A stretch of DNA of 64,000 nt from an uncultured Chloroflexia bacterium (GTDB taxonomy: Bacteria; Chloroflexota; Limnocylindria; Limnocylindrales; CSP1-4): contig CAWDCJ010000009.1 of assembly GCA_963800795.1 (NCBI GenBank), positions 27,475-91,474 of the forward strand. Reading direction: 5' to 3'. Made by a program: the position numbers and the translations under genes. Under the pieces are notes generated by a model. It was not told the origin of the DNA. It saw nothing but the letters and a program-made list of their open reading frames with translations, and did not search any database. Positions 12,300 to 22,154 of the stretch are shown piece by piece (position 1 is the first letter of the stretch; every line of letters begins with the position of its first letter).

Positions 12300-12972
12300 A
12301 TGAGGATCCTCGTCCTGCTCGGCGCCCCCGGCGCCGGGCAAGGGGACCCAGGCCAGTGTCCTGGCCCGTCACCTTGGCCTGCCGAGGATCGCCACGGGCG
12401 ACCTGTTCCGGGCGGCAGCTCGGGATGGCACGCCCCTCGGGGTCGCCGCCCAGGCGTACATGGAGCGCGGCGAGCTCGTCCCGGACGAGATCACGGTCGG
12501 GATGCTGCTCGAGCGGCTGCAGGCGCCGGACGCCGAACGGGGAGTGATCCTCGACGGGTTCCCTCGCAATCGCTCCCAGGCGGACGCCCTGGACCGGGCG
12601 CTGGCGGACCGCGGCGCGGCCGTCGAAGCCGCGCTGCTCGTCGACGTCCCGGTCGACGAGCTGCTCCGGCGCCTGACCGGGCGCTGGCTGTGCAGCGCGG
12701 CCGGTCACACCTACCACGAGACGGCGTACCCGCCTCGTGTCCAGGGCATCTGCGACATCGACGGATCGGCCCTGATCCAGCGCGACGACGACCGCCCGGA
12801 GATCGTGCAGGCGCGCCTGGACAAGCAGCTTGGCGCACTCGCGGACGTGGTTGAGCACTACCGCTCGGCGGGCATCCTCCGGACGGTGGACGGGCGCCAC
12901 CCGATCGACGCCGTCACCAACGACCTTCTCGACGCGATCGAGCCGATCCCGTACTGGCGCACGCGCCCGTGA
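12300..12972 (+). CDS. adk: Adenylate kinase (+1 frameshift near 12338)
   Basis: LLGAPGAG then GTQA in the next frame; GELVPD, LDGFPR, QRDDD; lies between secY and map. Confidence 0.95.
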
Positions 12973-13715
12973 TCACCCGCCGGTCGACCGCGGAGATCGC
13001 CGTCATGCGCCGGGCAGGACGCCTCGTGGCCGAGGTGCTCGGCGTGGTCGAGCAATCGATCCGCCCCGGCGTATCGACCGCGCACCTTGACGAGATCGCG
13101 GAGGAGCACATCCGGAAGGCTGGAGGGACCCCCTCCTTCAAGGGCTACTACGGCTACCCATCCTCGATCTGCATCTCGATCGACCGTGAGGTCGTCCACG
13201 GGATCCCCGGTCACCGGACGATCGCCGATGGGCAGGTCGTCTCGATCGACGCCGGCGCCATCGTCGAGGGCTACCACGGCGACGCGGCGCGGACCTTCAT
13301 CGTGGGCGACGTCCCGCAGGCCGTGCGCGACCTCGTCGAGACCACGCGGCTCGGGCTCGAGGCGGGGATCGCCGCGGCGGTCTCCGGCAACCGGATCTGG
13401 GACATCTCCGCGGCCGTGGAGGACGTCGCCCTCCCGCGCGGCTACGGCGTGGTCCGGCCCTACGTGGGCCACGGGATCGGCACGGAGATGCATGAGGATC
13501 CGCAGGTCCCGAACTACCGCACCAAGACGAAGGGGATCGAGCTGGCGCCGGGCATCTGCCTGGCGATCGAGCCGATGTTCACGCTCGGGAGTGCCGACGT
13601 CGAGACGCTGAGCGACGGATGGACCGTCGTCACCCGCGACGGTTCCGTCGCGGCCCATTTCGAGGACTCGATCGCCGTCACCGCAGACGGGCCGGAGATC
13701 CTCACCAGGCTATAG
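12969..13715 (+). CDS. map: Methionine aminopeptidase type I
   Basis: [36 protein letters not shown]. Confidence 0.98.
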   Translation: MITRRSTAEIAVMRRAGRLVAEVLGVVEQSIRPGVSTAHLDEIAEEHIRKAGGTPSFKGYYGYPSSICISIDREVVHGIPGHRTIADGQVVSIDAGAIVEGYHGDAARTFIVGDVPQAVRDLVETTRLGLEAGIAAAVSGNRIWDISAAVEDVALPRGYGVVRPYVGHGIGTEMHEDPQVPNYRTKTKGIELAPGICLAIEPMFTLGSADVETLSDGWTVVTRDGSVAAHFEDSIAVTADGPEILTRL

Positions 13716-13731
13716 CCGGCCGGGCCGGCGC

Positions 13732-13760
13732 TTGCCGGAACCGGCCGAACTTGATACGCT
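13732..13760 (+). promoter_or_regulatory. Sigma70-type promoter for infA-rpmJ-alpha operon
   Basis: TTGCCG (13732-37), 17-nt spacer, TACGCT (13755-60) preceded by TG (extended -10). Confidence 0.7.
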
Positions 13761-13821
13761 ACGCGTTCGTGTGTCGGCTCGGGTCGGTGCGCGACCGCGA
13801 GCAGGAGCACCAGGGAGCACG

Positions 13822-14040
13822 TTGGGCAAGAAGGACGCAATCGAAGTCGAGGGAACCGTCCTCGAGCCGCTGCCGAACACGATGTTCGCCGTCGAGCTGG
13901 AGAATGGCCACCGCGTCCTTGCCCATATCAGCGGGAAGCTCCGGATGAACTTCATCCGGATCCTGCCGGGCGACCGGGTACGCGTCGAATTGTCCCCGTA
14001 CGACCTCACCCGGGGTCGGATCACGTACCGGCTGAAGTAG
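13822..14040 (+). CDS. infA: Translation initiation factor IF-1
   Basis: TTG 13822; KKDAIEVEG...[26 protein letters not shown]. Confidence 0.98.
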   Translation: MGKKDAIEVEGTVLEPLPNTMFAVELENGHRVLAHISGKLRMNFIRILPGDRVRVELSPYDLTRGRITYRLK

Positions 14041-14066
14041 CCGGCACCAAGCGCGAAGGAAGACCG

Positions 14067-14180
14067 TTGAAAGTCCGAGCCTCGGTCAAGGCCCGCTGCG
14101 ACAACTGCAAGGTGATCCGCCGCCACGGGACCGTGATGGTCATCTGCTCCAACCCCAAGCACAAGCAACGGCAGGGCTGA
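14067..14180 (+). CDS. rpmJ: 50S ribosomal protein L36 (absent from ORF track)
   Basis: Hand translation from TTG 14067: [37 protein letters not shown]. Confidence 0.97.
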   Translation: MKVRASVKARCDNCKVIRRHGTVMVICSNPKHKQRQG

Positions 14181-14184
14181 TCGA

Positions 14185-14556
14185 ATGGCACGGATCTCTG
14201 GCGTCGACATCCCGCGCGAGAAGCGCGTGGAGGTCGCCCTGACCTACATCTTCGGGATCGGGCTGCCAACCAGCCAGAAGATCCTCCAGCAGACGAACGT
14301 CAACCCCGACACCCGGGTCCGGGACCTCACCGAGGACCAGGTCACCCGGTTGCGCGAGCTGATCGACCGACGGTTCAAGGTCGAGGGCGACCTCCGCCGC
14401 GAGGTGGCGCTGAACATCAAGCGCCTCATCGAGATCGGCTCGTATCGCGGCCTCCGTCACCGGCGCAACCTGCCGGTTCGGGGCCAGCGCACCAAGACCA
14501 ACGCTCGCCAGCGTCGCGGACCGAAGAAGACGGTCGGCGCGCGGCGCAAGAAGTAA
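14185..14556 (+). CDS. rpsM: 30S ribosomal protein S13
   Basis: [23 protein letters not shown]. Confidence 0.99.
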   Translation: MARISGVDIPREKRVEVALTYIFGIGLPTSQKILQQTNVNPDTRVRDLTEDQVTRLRELIDRRFKVEGDLRREVALNIKRLIEIGSYRGLRHRRNLPVRGQRTKTNARQRRGPKKTVGARRKK

Positions 14557-14574
14557 GAGGGACGAGCCGGACGT

Positions 14575-14970
14575 ATGGCCGATCGGAAGCGCGCACCCAA
14601 GCAGCGCCGGCGGGAGCGCAAGAACGTGCCTGTCGGGCACGTGCACATCCAGGCGACCTTCAACAACACGATCGTCACGATCACGGACCTCGGCGGTGCG
14701 GTGGTCAGCTGGGGATCGGCCGGGGTCGTCGGGTTCAAGGGCTCCCGGAAGAGCACGCCGTACGCCGCCGCGCTGTCCGCCGAGTCCGCCGCCAAGAAGG
14801 CGATGGAGCACGGGATGCGCCAGGTCGAGGTCTACGTGAAGGGCCCCGGCGCGGGTCGTGAGCAGGCGATCCGCTCGCTCCAGACCGCCGGCCTCGAGGT
14901 GACCGCGATCACCGATGTGACGCCCATCCCGCACAACGGCTGCCGCCCGCCCAAGCGGCGCCGCGTGTAG
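14575..14970 (+). CDS. rpsK: 30S ribosomal protein S11
   Basis: [34 protein letters not shown]. Confidence 0.99.
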   Translation: MADRKRAPKQRRRERKNVPVGHVHIQATFNNTIVTITDLGGAVVSWGSAGVVGFKGSRKSTPYAAALSAESAAKKAMEHGMRQVEVYVKGPGAGREQAIRSLQTAGLEVTAITDVTPIPHNGCRPPKRRRV

Positions 14971-14984
14971 CCGGGAGAAGCATC

Positions 14985-15611
14985 ATGGCTCGATACACCG
15001 GTCCGGTCTGCCGGCTCTGCCGCCGCGAAGGCGCCAAGCTCTTCCTCAAGGGTTCGCGCTGCTACACGAAGAAGTGCTCGTTCGAGCGGCGCCCCTCGCC
15101 GCCCGGCCAGCACGGCGTCCGTCGCCGCAAGGTTGGCGACTACGGCCTCCAGCTGCGCGAGAAGCAGAAGGTTCGCCGCATCTACCGCGTCCTCGAGCGC
15201 CAGTTCCACAACTACTTCGAGGACGCCGAATCCCGCCCCGGCGTGACGGGCGAGAACCTGCTCCGGATCCTCGAGCTCCGGCTCGACAACGTCGTGTTCC
15301 GGCTCGGGATCGCGGCCTCCCGCGACCACGCGCGCCAGCTGGTGGCCCACGGCCACTTCGCCGTCAACGGCCGCCCCACCAACGTTCCCTCCTTCCACTG
15401 CAAGCCGGGCGACCGGGTCGAGGTGCGTCCTGCGCGGCGCGAGCGCGAGCCGTTCAAGGCGGTCAGCGAGGCGCTCCGTTCGGGGCAGGTCCCCGAGTGG
15501 CTGTCCCTGGACCCGGCCACCTTCACGGGCACGATCGTGAGTGCCCCGCGCCGCGACCAGATGCCGCTCGAGCTCAACGAGCAGCTCGTGGTCGAGTACT
15601 ACTCGAGGTAA
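14985..15611 (+). CDS. rpsD: 30S ribosomal protein S4
   Basis: MARYTGPVCRLCRREG, LREKQK, LELRLDNVVFRLG. Confidence 0.99.
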   Translation: MARYTGPVCRLCRREGAKLFLKGSRCYTKKCSFERRPSPPGQHGVRRRKVGDYGLQLREKQKVRRIYRVLERQFHNYFEDAESRPGVTGENLLRILELRLDNVVFRLGIAASRDHARQLVAHGHFAVNGRPTNVPSFHCKPGDRVEVRPARREREPFKAVSEALRSGQVPEWLSLDPATFTGTIVSAPRRDQMPLELNEQLVVEYYSR

Positions 15612-15621
15612 CCCCGCCCCC

Positions 15622-16623
15622 ATGATCGAACTCGACGCCACGACACAGATCGAACCTGTCGCCGAACAGGGCTCGTACGCGAAGTACGAGGCCAGCCCGC
15701 TGCCGGCCGGCTACGGGGTGACCCTCGGGAATGCGCTGCGCCGCGTCCTCCTCTCCTCCCTCGAAGGCGCCGCCGTCACCTCCATCCAGATCCGGGACGT
15801 CTTCCACGAGTTCACCACGATCCCCGGCGTCAAGGAGGACGTGACCCAGATCGTCCTCAACGTCAAGAAGCTGCGCCTTCGAAGCTTCGCCGCCCACCCG
15901 GTCCAGCTGAAGCTGGTCAAGTCGGGAGCGGGCCGGGTCAGCGCGGCGGACATCGTCGAGTCGGCCGACGTCGAGGTCATCAACCCAGAGCTCGTGCTCA
16001 TGACGCTCGACAGCGACGACGTGACGGTCGAGCTCGACCTCACCGTCGAGCGGGGCGTCGGCTACCTGGCCGCCGAGCGCCCCGAGGGACTGCCGATCGG
16101 CGTCATCCCCGTCGACGCGATCTTCACGCCGGTGCGGAAGGTCAACTACACGGTCGAGAACACCCGCGTGGGCCAGATGACCAACTACGACAAGCTGACC
16201 CTCGAGATCGAGACGGACGGGACCATCAGCCCGGAGGATGCGCTCGCCAAGTCCGCCGAGATCCTCGTCCACCAGTTCTCGCTGTTTGCCAACGTCGGCA
16301 CCGCGGCGATCGCGGCCAGCCCCGCCAGCGGGGTCCCGCAGATCCCGGCGAACATGCTCGAGATGCCGATCGAGGAGCTCGACCTCCCGATGCGGGCCTA
16401 CAACTCGCTCAAGCGCAACAACATCGTGAAGGTGGGGCAGCTGCTTCAGCTCACCGACGACGACCTGCTCCGCATGCGCAACTTCGGCAAGAAGTCGCTC
16501 GACGAGATGAAGGAGCGGCTCCGAATGCGGGGCTTCCTCGTCCCGGAGACGGACTCGTCCGAGCTCGGCGAGGTCGAGGACGACGGCGACGAGCCGTTCG
16601 CCGACGAGTCGGAGGAGGTCTGA
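15622..16623 (+). CDS. rpoA: RNA polymerase alpha subunit
   Basis: ATG 15622; GVTLGNALRRVLLSS, PVDAIFTPV, RNFGKKSL. Confidence 0.99.
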   Translation: MIELDATTQIEPVAEQGSYAKYEASPLPAGYGVTLGNALRRVLLSSLEGAAVTSIQIRDVFHEFTTIPGVKEDVTQIVLNVKKLRLRSFAAHPVQLKLVKSGAGRVSAADIVESADVEVINPELVLMTLDSDDVTVELDLTVERGVGYLAAERPEGLPIGVIPVDAIFTPVRKVNYTVENTRVGQMTNYDKLTLEIETDGTISPEDALAKSAEILVHQFSLFANVGTAAIAASPASGVPQIPANMLEMPIEELDLPMRAYNSLKRNNIVKVGQLLQLTDDDLLRMRNFGKKSLDEMKERLRMRGFLVPETDSSELGEVEDDGDEPFADESEEV

Positions 16624-16626
16624 GCG

Positions 16627-16980
16627 ATGCGCCACCAGATCGGCGGCCGGAAGCTCGGCCGCATGCAGGGGCCGAGGCTCGCGCTCTACCGGAACCTGAT
16701 CGTGTCGGTCTTCCGCTACGAGAAGGTCATGACGACCGAGGCGAAGGCCAAGGAGATCCGACCCCAGGTGGAGCGGATGATCACGCTTGCCAAGCGGGGC
16801 GACCTTGCCGCGCGGCGAACCGTCGTCGCCGAGCTCCCGGACGAGCCCCTCGTCATCAAGAAGCTGTTCGATGAGATCGCCCCGAAGTACACCGAGCGGA
16901 CGTCGGGGTACACCCGGATCACCCATCTCGGCAACCGGAACGGGGACAGAGCCCCGATCGTCCAGATCGAGCTCCTCTGA
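16627..16980 (+). CDS. rplQ: 50S ribosomal protein L17
   Basis: MRHQ..GRKLGR, TTEAKAKEIR, GYTRI. Confidence 0.98.
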   Translation: MRHQIGGRKLGRMQGPRLALYRNLIVSVFRYEKVMTTEAKAKEIRPQVERMITLAKRGDLAARRTVVAELPDEPLVIKKLFDEIAPKYTERTSGYTRITHLGNRNGDRAPIVQIELL

Positions 16981-16996
16981 TCGGAGACAATCGAAT

Positions 16997-17114
16997 GTCG
17001 CCGCTCCGCCGGATGCAGCGCAAGGCGGCGCGGAGCACGTGAGCGAGCGCACTCGAGGTGCGTGAGCGAGCGAGCGGACGTGCCAACGCAGCGAGGCGTC
17101 GGCGCAGTGGCGAC
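16997..17114 (+). repeat. Structured intergenic repeat, copy 2 (REP/MITE-like)
   Basis: Flanked by gtcgccgct...gccggatgc and gcgtcggc...agtggcgac imperfect inverted repeats; core 17020-17070 matches the reverse complement of 2000-2051. Confidence 0.8.
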
Positions 17115-17141
17115 GAACAAGGAGCCCGAGAGGGCGCCCTC

Positions 17142-17897
17142 GTGCGGATGCGCGCACGGGTCGAATACGACGGCACGGACTTCGCCGGATTCCAGCTCCA
17201 GCTGCGAGCCCGGACAGTCCAGGGAGAACTCGAAGCCGCGCTCGGCACCCTCTCCGGCGGTCGCCGGGTCCGGGTCGACGCGGCGGGACGCACCGACGCC
17301 GGGGTGCACGCGACGGGCCAGGTGATCGCATTCAGCTGGCCCGGGCGGCTCTCAGTGAAGGAGCTTGGCAGGGCGCTCGACGCGCTGCTGCCGGCGGATG
17401 TCGCGGTTCGCGGCCTTCGCCGGGCCCCGCTCGGGTTTCGCCCTCGCTACGCGGCGCGGTACCGGGAGTACCGCTACACCGTCTGGAACGGGCCGCGAAG
17501 CCCGCTCCGCGAGCGGTTCGCGCTCGGGGTGCGGGACCCGCTCGACACCGCCGCGATGGCGCGGGCCGGGTCGGTCCTGGTGGGCCGGCACGACTTCTCG
17601 GCCTTCGGGGCGGCGGACCGCCAGCCGGTCCGGACCCTTCACGGGGTCTGGGTGCGGCGGGAGGGCAGGCTCGTGACGGTGGACGTTCGCGGGGACGCCT
17701 TCCTGCGGCAGATGGTGCGGCGGATCGTCGCGGCCCTCCTGCTGGTGGGCCGCGGAGAGGTCGAGGTATCGACGGTGGCCGTGGCGCTCGCGTCGCGGCA
17801 GCCGGCCTTCAACGGGGCAGCTGCCCCGGCGAAGGGGCTGTGCCTGCGGCGGGTCGTCATGGGACGGGTCGCGGGGGAGATGAACGGAGACACATGA
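17142..17897 (+). CDS. truA: tRNA pseudouridine(38-40) synthase
   Basis: GTG 17142; [29 protein letters not shown]. Confidence 0.97.
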   Translation: MRMRARVEYDGTDFAGFQLQLRARTVQGELEAALGTLSGGRRVRVDAAGRTDAGVHATGQVIAFSWPGRLSVKELGRALDALLPADVAVRGLRRAPLGFRPRYAARYREYRYTVWNGPRSPLRERFALGVRDPLDTAAMARAGSVLVGRHDFSAFGAADRQPVRTLHGVWVRREGRLVTVDVRGDAFLRQMVRRIVAALLLVGRGEVEVSTVAVALASRQPAFNGAAAPAKGLCLRRVVMGRVAGEMNGDT

Positions 17898-18325
17898 CCG
17901 CGAAGACGTACACGCTCCGGGAGGCGGAGATCGAGCGACGCTGGTACGTCGTCGACGCGACGGACGAGACGCTCGGCCGGCTCGCGTCGCGGATCGCCCG
18001 CGTCCTCGTGGGCAAGCACAAGCCGACCTACACGCCCAACCTGGACGGCGGCGATCACGTGATCGTGCTCAACGCCGGCAAGGTCGCCGTCAGCCGCGAC
18101 AAGCTGGACGCCAAGATCTACGCCCGCCACAGCGGCTACCCCCAGGGATACAAGGAGGAGACCCTCGGGCACCTGCTCGAGCGTCGCCCCGAGGAGGCCG
18201 TGCGTCGGGCCGTGAAGGGGATGGTTCCCCACACCCGGCTCGGCGCCCAGCAACTCCGCAAGCTCAAGATCTACGCCGGCCCGGATCACCCGCACCAGGC
18301 GCAGCGGCCGGAACCGCTGGGCTGA
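17894..18325 (+). CDS. rplM: 50S ribosomal protein L13
   Basis: ATG 17894; [21 protein letters not shown]. Confidence 0.98.
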   Translation: MTAKTYTLREAEIERRWYVVDATDETLGRLASRIARVLVGKHKPTYTPNLDGGDHVIVLNAGKVAVSRDKLDAKIYARHSGYPQGYKEETLGHLLERRPEEAVRRAVKGMVPHTRLGAQQLRKLKIYAGPDHPHQAQRPEPLG

Positions 18326-18339
18326 CGAGGAGCACCGCC

Positions 18340-18738
18340 ATGACCACCCCGTCCTTCTTCCACGGGACCGGCCGCCGGAAGACCGCCGTCGCCCGTGTTC
18401 GCCTCATCCCCGGCGAGGGCGAGATCGTCGTGAACGGCCGGTCGCTCGACCAGCATTTCGGCAACGCGATCCCGGAGGGCGACCTGCGCATGCCCTTCCG
18501 CGTGACCGGCACCGAAGGCCGCTTCAATGCCCTGATCAAGGTCGAGGGCGGCGGCGTGACGGGCCAGGCCGGCGCGATCCGCCACGGGATTGCGCGGGCC
18601 CTCCTGATGGTGGACCCGGAAAGCAACCGCGTCCCGCTTCGCCAGGCGGGTTTCCTCACCCGTGATCCGCGGATGAAGGAGCGCAAGAAGTACGGCCTGA
18701 AGCGAGCCCGCAAGGCGCCGCAGTACACGAAGCGCTGA
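18340..18738 (+). CDS. rpsI: 30S ribosomal protein S9
   Basis: [33 protein letters not shown]-type C-terminus. Confidence 0.99.
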   Translation: MTTPSFFHGTGRRKTAVARVRLIPGEGEIVVNGRSLDQHFGNAIPEGDLRMPFRVTGTEGRFNALIKVEGGGVTGQAGAIRHGIARALLMVDPESNRVPLRQAGFLTRDPRMKERKKYGLKRARKAPQYTKR

Positions 18739-18768
18739 AGCCGCTGGCGCCCCGCCGGGCGCCACGGC
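18739..18768 (+). terminator. GC-rich hairpin right after rpsI (possible terminator, no real U-tract)
   Basis: agccg-c-tggcgccc / gggcgcca-cggct inverted repeat, followed by only a single further T. Confidence 0.4.
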
Positions 18769-18794
18769 TTGCCTCGAGGAGTTCGCCGCGAGCG

Positions 18795-19769
18795 ATGAGC
18801 GACTCCCTCTTCGATCGCTACCGGGAGGTCTTGCGGGCCGGGCACGTGGCCGTCCTGCGTGGCAGGCTGGAGGACGCCGCAGCCGCGTACCGCGAGGCGG
18901 CGACGCTCGCCGGCGATCGGGCCGTGCCTCGCGCGGCCCTGGGCTCCGTCCAGCTCCGGCTCGGCCAGCCCGAGCAGGCGCTCGCCACGTTTGACGAGGC
19001 ACTGGGACTCGCACCCACCGACGATGCCGCGCTCCTGGGCCGCGCCCAGGCGCTGGTGGTGCTGGAGCGGCCCCACGATGCCGCGGCGACCTTCGACGCC
19101 CTGGCCGAAGCGCGCTGGGCCGCCGGCAGGCACGCCGACGCCGGTGACGCGCTTCGGCGGGCCTTGGAGATCCAGCCGACGGCGGCGCGCCGCCAGCGCT
19201 ACCAGGAGCTTGCCGACGAGCTTCGCCAGGCCGTCGGTGCGGCGGAGGCGGAACGCGCCCTGGCCCGGGCGCGGCGCTACCTGGAGACGGAGGCTGCCCC
19301 GACCGAGCCGCCGCCCGGGGAAGCGGAACGTTCCTCGGAGCCGGACCCGACCGAGCCGGCCGCGCCTCCAGCCTCGACCGATCCGGCCGAGCCTCCGGCG
19401 GCGCTTCCGGACCCCGCCGAACACGGCGAGGCGCTCCTGCTGGCTTCCGAGGAGGCTGCCGCGCGCGGTGATGCCCCCGGTGCCGTCGCGGCAGCGATCT
19501 CCGCCGCAAACGCCTTCCGGGAGGCGAACCATCCGGTCGCGGCGTTGGACGCGTGTACGCGCGGCCTGTCCTCGGGTCCCGACGACGTCAGCCTCCACCT
19601 GCTCATCGCCGAGCTGGCGTTGGAGCGCGGCGCGGTCGGATCAGCCGGGGACACCTACCGCAACCTCCTCCGGCTCGTCGAGATCGATGGCGACCTGGCG
19701 GCCCGCGAGCGCGTCGTCCTCGCTGCGAGGGCGGCCCTCCCGGACGATCCCCGGTTCGCGGCCGGCTGA
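18795..19769 (+). CDS. Tetratricopeptide-repeat protein
   Basis: Helical repeats (AAAAYREA, LGSVQLRLGQPEQALATFDEALGLAP, ALLGRAQAL) and a Pro/Glu-rich linker. Confidence 0.8.
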   Translation: MSDSLFDRYREVLRAGHVAVLRGRLEDAAAAYREAATLAGDRAVPRAALGSVQLRLGQPEQALATFDEALGLAPTDDAALLGRAQALVVLERPHDAAATFDALAEARWAAGRHADAGDALRRALEIQPTAARRQRYQELADELRQAVGAAEAERALARARRYLETEAAPTEPPPGEAERSSEPDPTEPAAPPASTDPAEPPAALPDPAEHGEALLLASEEAAARGDAPGAVAAAISAANAFREANHPVAALDACTRGLSSGPDDVSLHLLIAELALERGAVGSAGDTYRNLLRLVEIDGDLAARERVVLAARAALPDDPRFAAG

Positions 19770-19892
19770 GGTCGCCGCGCAGCTCCCCGGTCTGCCCGCG
19801 GCGGAAAACGCGGACGGCACCCGGCCGAAGCCCGCCGACACCGGAACGCCGCTCTCCGGGGGAGCCTGACCAGCGGAGGGCGCCGGGCCCGG

Positions 19893-19901
19893 TGCTACAC
19901 T
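19893..19901 (+). promoter_or_regulatory. Extended -10 element upstream of cdaA
   Basis: TG-C-TACACT 9 nt before the ATG; no SD between them. Confidence 0.55.
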
Positions 19902-19910
19902 CACCGGACG

Positions 19911-20885
19911 ATGTCGCAGCTCCTCGAGTCGCTGCTCGGACAGGTCCGACCGATCACGCTCGCGGACATCGGGATCACCGCGCTCGTCATCTACTGGCTG
20001 TTCAGCCTGATCCGGGGCACGAGCGCGGTCCGTCTCGTGGTCGGCGTGAGCGTCATCCTCGCGATCTACGCGGCAGCGCAGGCCGTCGGCCTGCGCCTGT
20101 TCACCCAGCTCCTCCAGGCGGGTGCCGTGGTCGGCGCCGTCGCGCTCGTGGTCGTCTTTCAGCCCGAGCTGCGTCGAGGGCTCGATCGGATCGGGCGCGT
20201 CGGCTCGTTCGCGTGGCTCACCTCGCCCGCCGAGCAGCGAGCCGCCGACCAGGTGGCCGCGGCGGTGGCCCGTGCGGCGACCCACCTGGCCAGCTCGGGG
20301 TTCGGCGCGCTCATCGTCATCGAGCGTGAGACCGGCCTGGAAGAGATCGCCGAGACCGGCGTGATGGTCCATGGCGACGTCTCGGCCGACCTCCTGGACG
20401 CGATCTTCACGCCGCGCGGGGCGCTCCACGACGGCGCCGTGATCATCCGGGGCGCGTCCGTCCTCGCCGCGGGCGCGGTGCTCCCGCTCTCCGAGACCAC
20501 GCTCGGCGCGGAGCGCTTCGGGACGCGGCACCGGGCGGCCCTCGGGATCACGGAGCAGACGGACGCCCTGGTCATCGTCGTCTCGGAGGAGACCGGCCAG
20601 GCAAGCATCGTGGAGCGGGCGCGGATCCGCCGCAACCTCGACGAGCCTGAGCTCGTGCGCGCGATTGTCGCGGCGATGGTCCCGCAGCGCGCCGCGGGCT
20701 CGGCCATCCTCGGGCGCATCCCGTCGCGCCCCGGCGGTGGATCGATCACGCTCGGTTCCGGGGTCCTGCGCCGGGCGGCGCTGGGCGCTCACGGCCGCGC
20801 GGTGCGCCAGGAGAACGAGCCCACGCCCGTCGTCGCCGAGCCGCGCGACGACACCGACCAGGCGCCCGCGAGGGCGGGCCGCTGA
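19911..20885 (+). CDS. cdaA: Diadenylate cyclase CdaA/DacA
   Basis: N-terminal TM helices, FQPELRRGL, HDGAVII (DGA) and GTRHRAA (RHR). Confidence 0.95.
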   Translation: MSQLLESLLGQVRPITLADIGITALVIYWLFSLIRGTSAVRLVVGVSVILAIYAAAQAVGLRLFTQLLQAGAVVGAVALVVVFQPELRRGLDRIGRVGSFAWLTSPAEQRAADQVAAAVARAATHLASSGFGALIVIERETGLEEIAETGVMVHGDVSADLLDAIFTPRGALHDGAVIIRGASVLAAGAVLPLSETTLGAERFGTRHRAALGITEQTDALVIVVSEETGQASIVERARIRRNLDEPELVRAIVAAMVPQRAAGSAILGRIPSRPGGGSITLGSGVLRRAALGAHGRAVRQENEPTPVVAEPRDDTDQAPARAGR

Positions 20886-20890
20886 GCGCC

Positions 20891-22152
20891 GTGCGCCGCG
20901 CCGTCAAGTTCGTCTTTCGCAACTGGCCGCTCAAGCTCGCGGCAATCCTTCTCGCCACACTCCTCTACGCGGGCCTGATCGTCTCGGCCAGCGCCGAGAC
21001 GTTCTCCGGCGTGATTCCCGTCCAGGTGCTGAACCAGCCGAGCAACGCCTTCATCATCGGCAACCTCGACGACGTCACCTCCATCAGGTACCTCGGCCAT
21101 CGGGACGAACCGGCCGGCCGTCACGACCGCCAGTTTCAGCGCGACGATCGACCTCACGGGGGTGCCCGTGGCCGCCGGATCGCCGCCCGTGAGCGTCCCG
21201 GTCACCGTCCGGGCAACGGATCCCAGCAACATCCAGGTCATCGACTTCAACCCGTCGCGGATCCAGGTGCGGCTCGATCCCCTCGTCAGCAAGACCGTTC
21301 CCGTGCAGGTCGACCACGGGACCGTTCCGCCCGGCCTGGACGTGCGTGAGCCGGTCGTGTCCCAGGATTCGGTCACGGTGACCGGTCCCGAAATCGTCGG
21401 TCGTGCTCGTTGCGTCGGCCCAGGCCCGCGTCCAGATCCAGCCATCCGGGATCGACATCAACCAGGCGGTGGACCTCATCGCGGTGGACGCGCGCGGCGA
21501 CGTGGTCCCCACGGTCGAGCTGCAGCCGAGCTCCGTCCGGGTGACGATCCAGATCGGGAGCCAGCTGTCCACGCGCGCCCTGCCGGTCAACCCGGTGCTC
21601 GTGGGCAGCCCGGATCCCTCGGCGGTCGTCACCGGCGTCGAGGCCGCGCCGCTGCTCGTGACGGTCGAGGCCGGGTCGGCGCTGCTCGCACCACTCGTGA
21701 ACATCGACACGAAACCGGTCTCGATCGCCGGCGCGTCCGCAGATGTCGTCGCCGACGTCGGGCTCAACCTCCCCCCCGGCATCTCGGCCCTGGGGGTCAC
21801 CACGGTTCGGGTCACCGTTTCGATCCACCCGCAGCTCGGCACGCGGTCATTCCAGACGGGCATCACGCTGGTCAACGCCGACCCGGCGACCCGTTACGAT
21901 CTTGGTACCGGGCAGATCATCGTCACGTTGGGCGGCCCGCTCGCGGTGCTCAACGCCCTGGACGGGTCCACGCTCGTTGCCAACGTGGACGTCGGCGGTC
22001 TCCTCCCGGGCACCCACGTCGTCTTCCCCGAGGTCACCGCCCCACTGGGATTGACGGTGGAGGCGCTGTCACCCCCGGAGATCACCCTCACGGTGACCTC
22101 ATCCGGTGCCGAGGCCTCGCCGCCGGCGACAGCTCCGCCCGCGGTGCCCTGA
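20891..22152 (+). CDS. cdaR: CdaR/YbbR-like regulator (frameshifts near 21120 and 21400)
   Basis: NWPLKLAAILLATLLY N-terminal anchor; beta-rich YbbR-like repeats (P..V.VTGP, V.V.LGGP); lies between cdaA and glmM. Confidence 0.8.
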
Positions 22153-22154
22153 CG

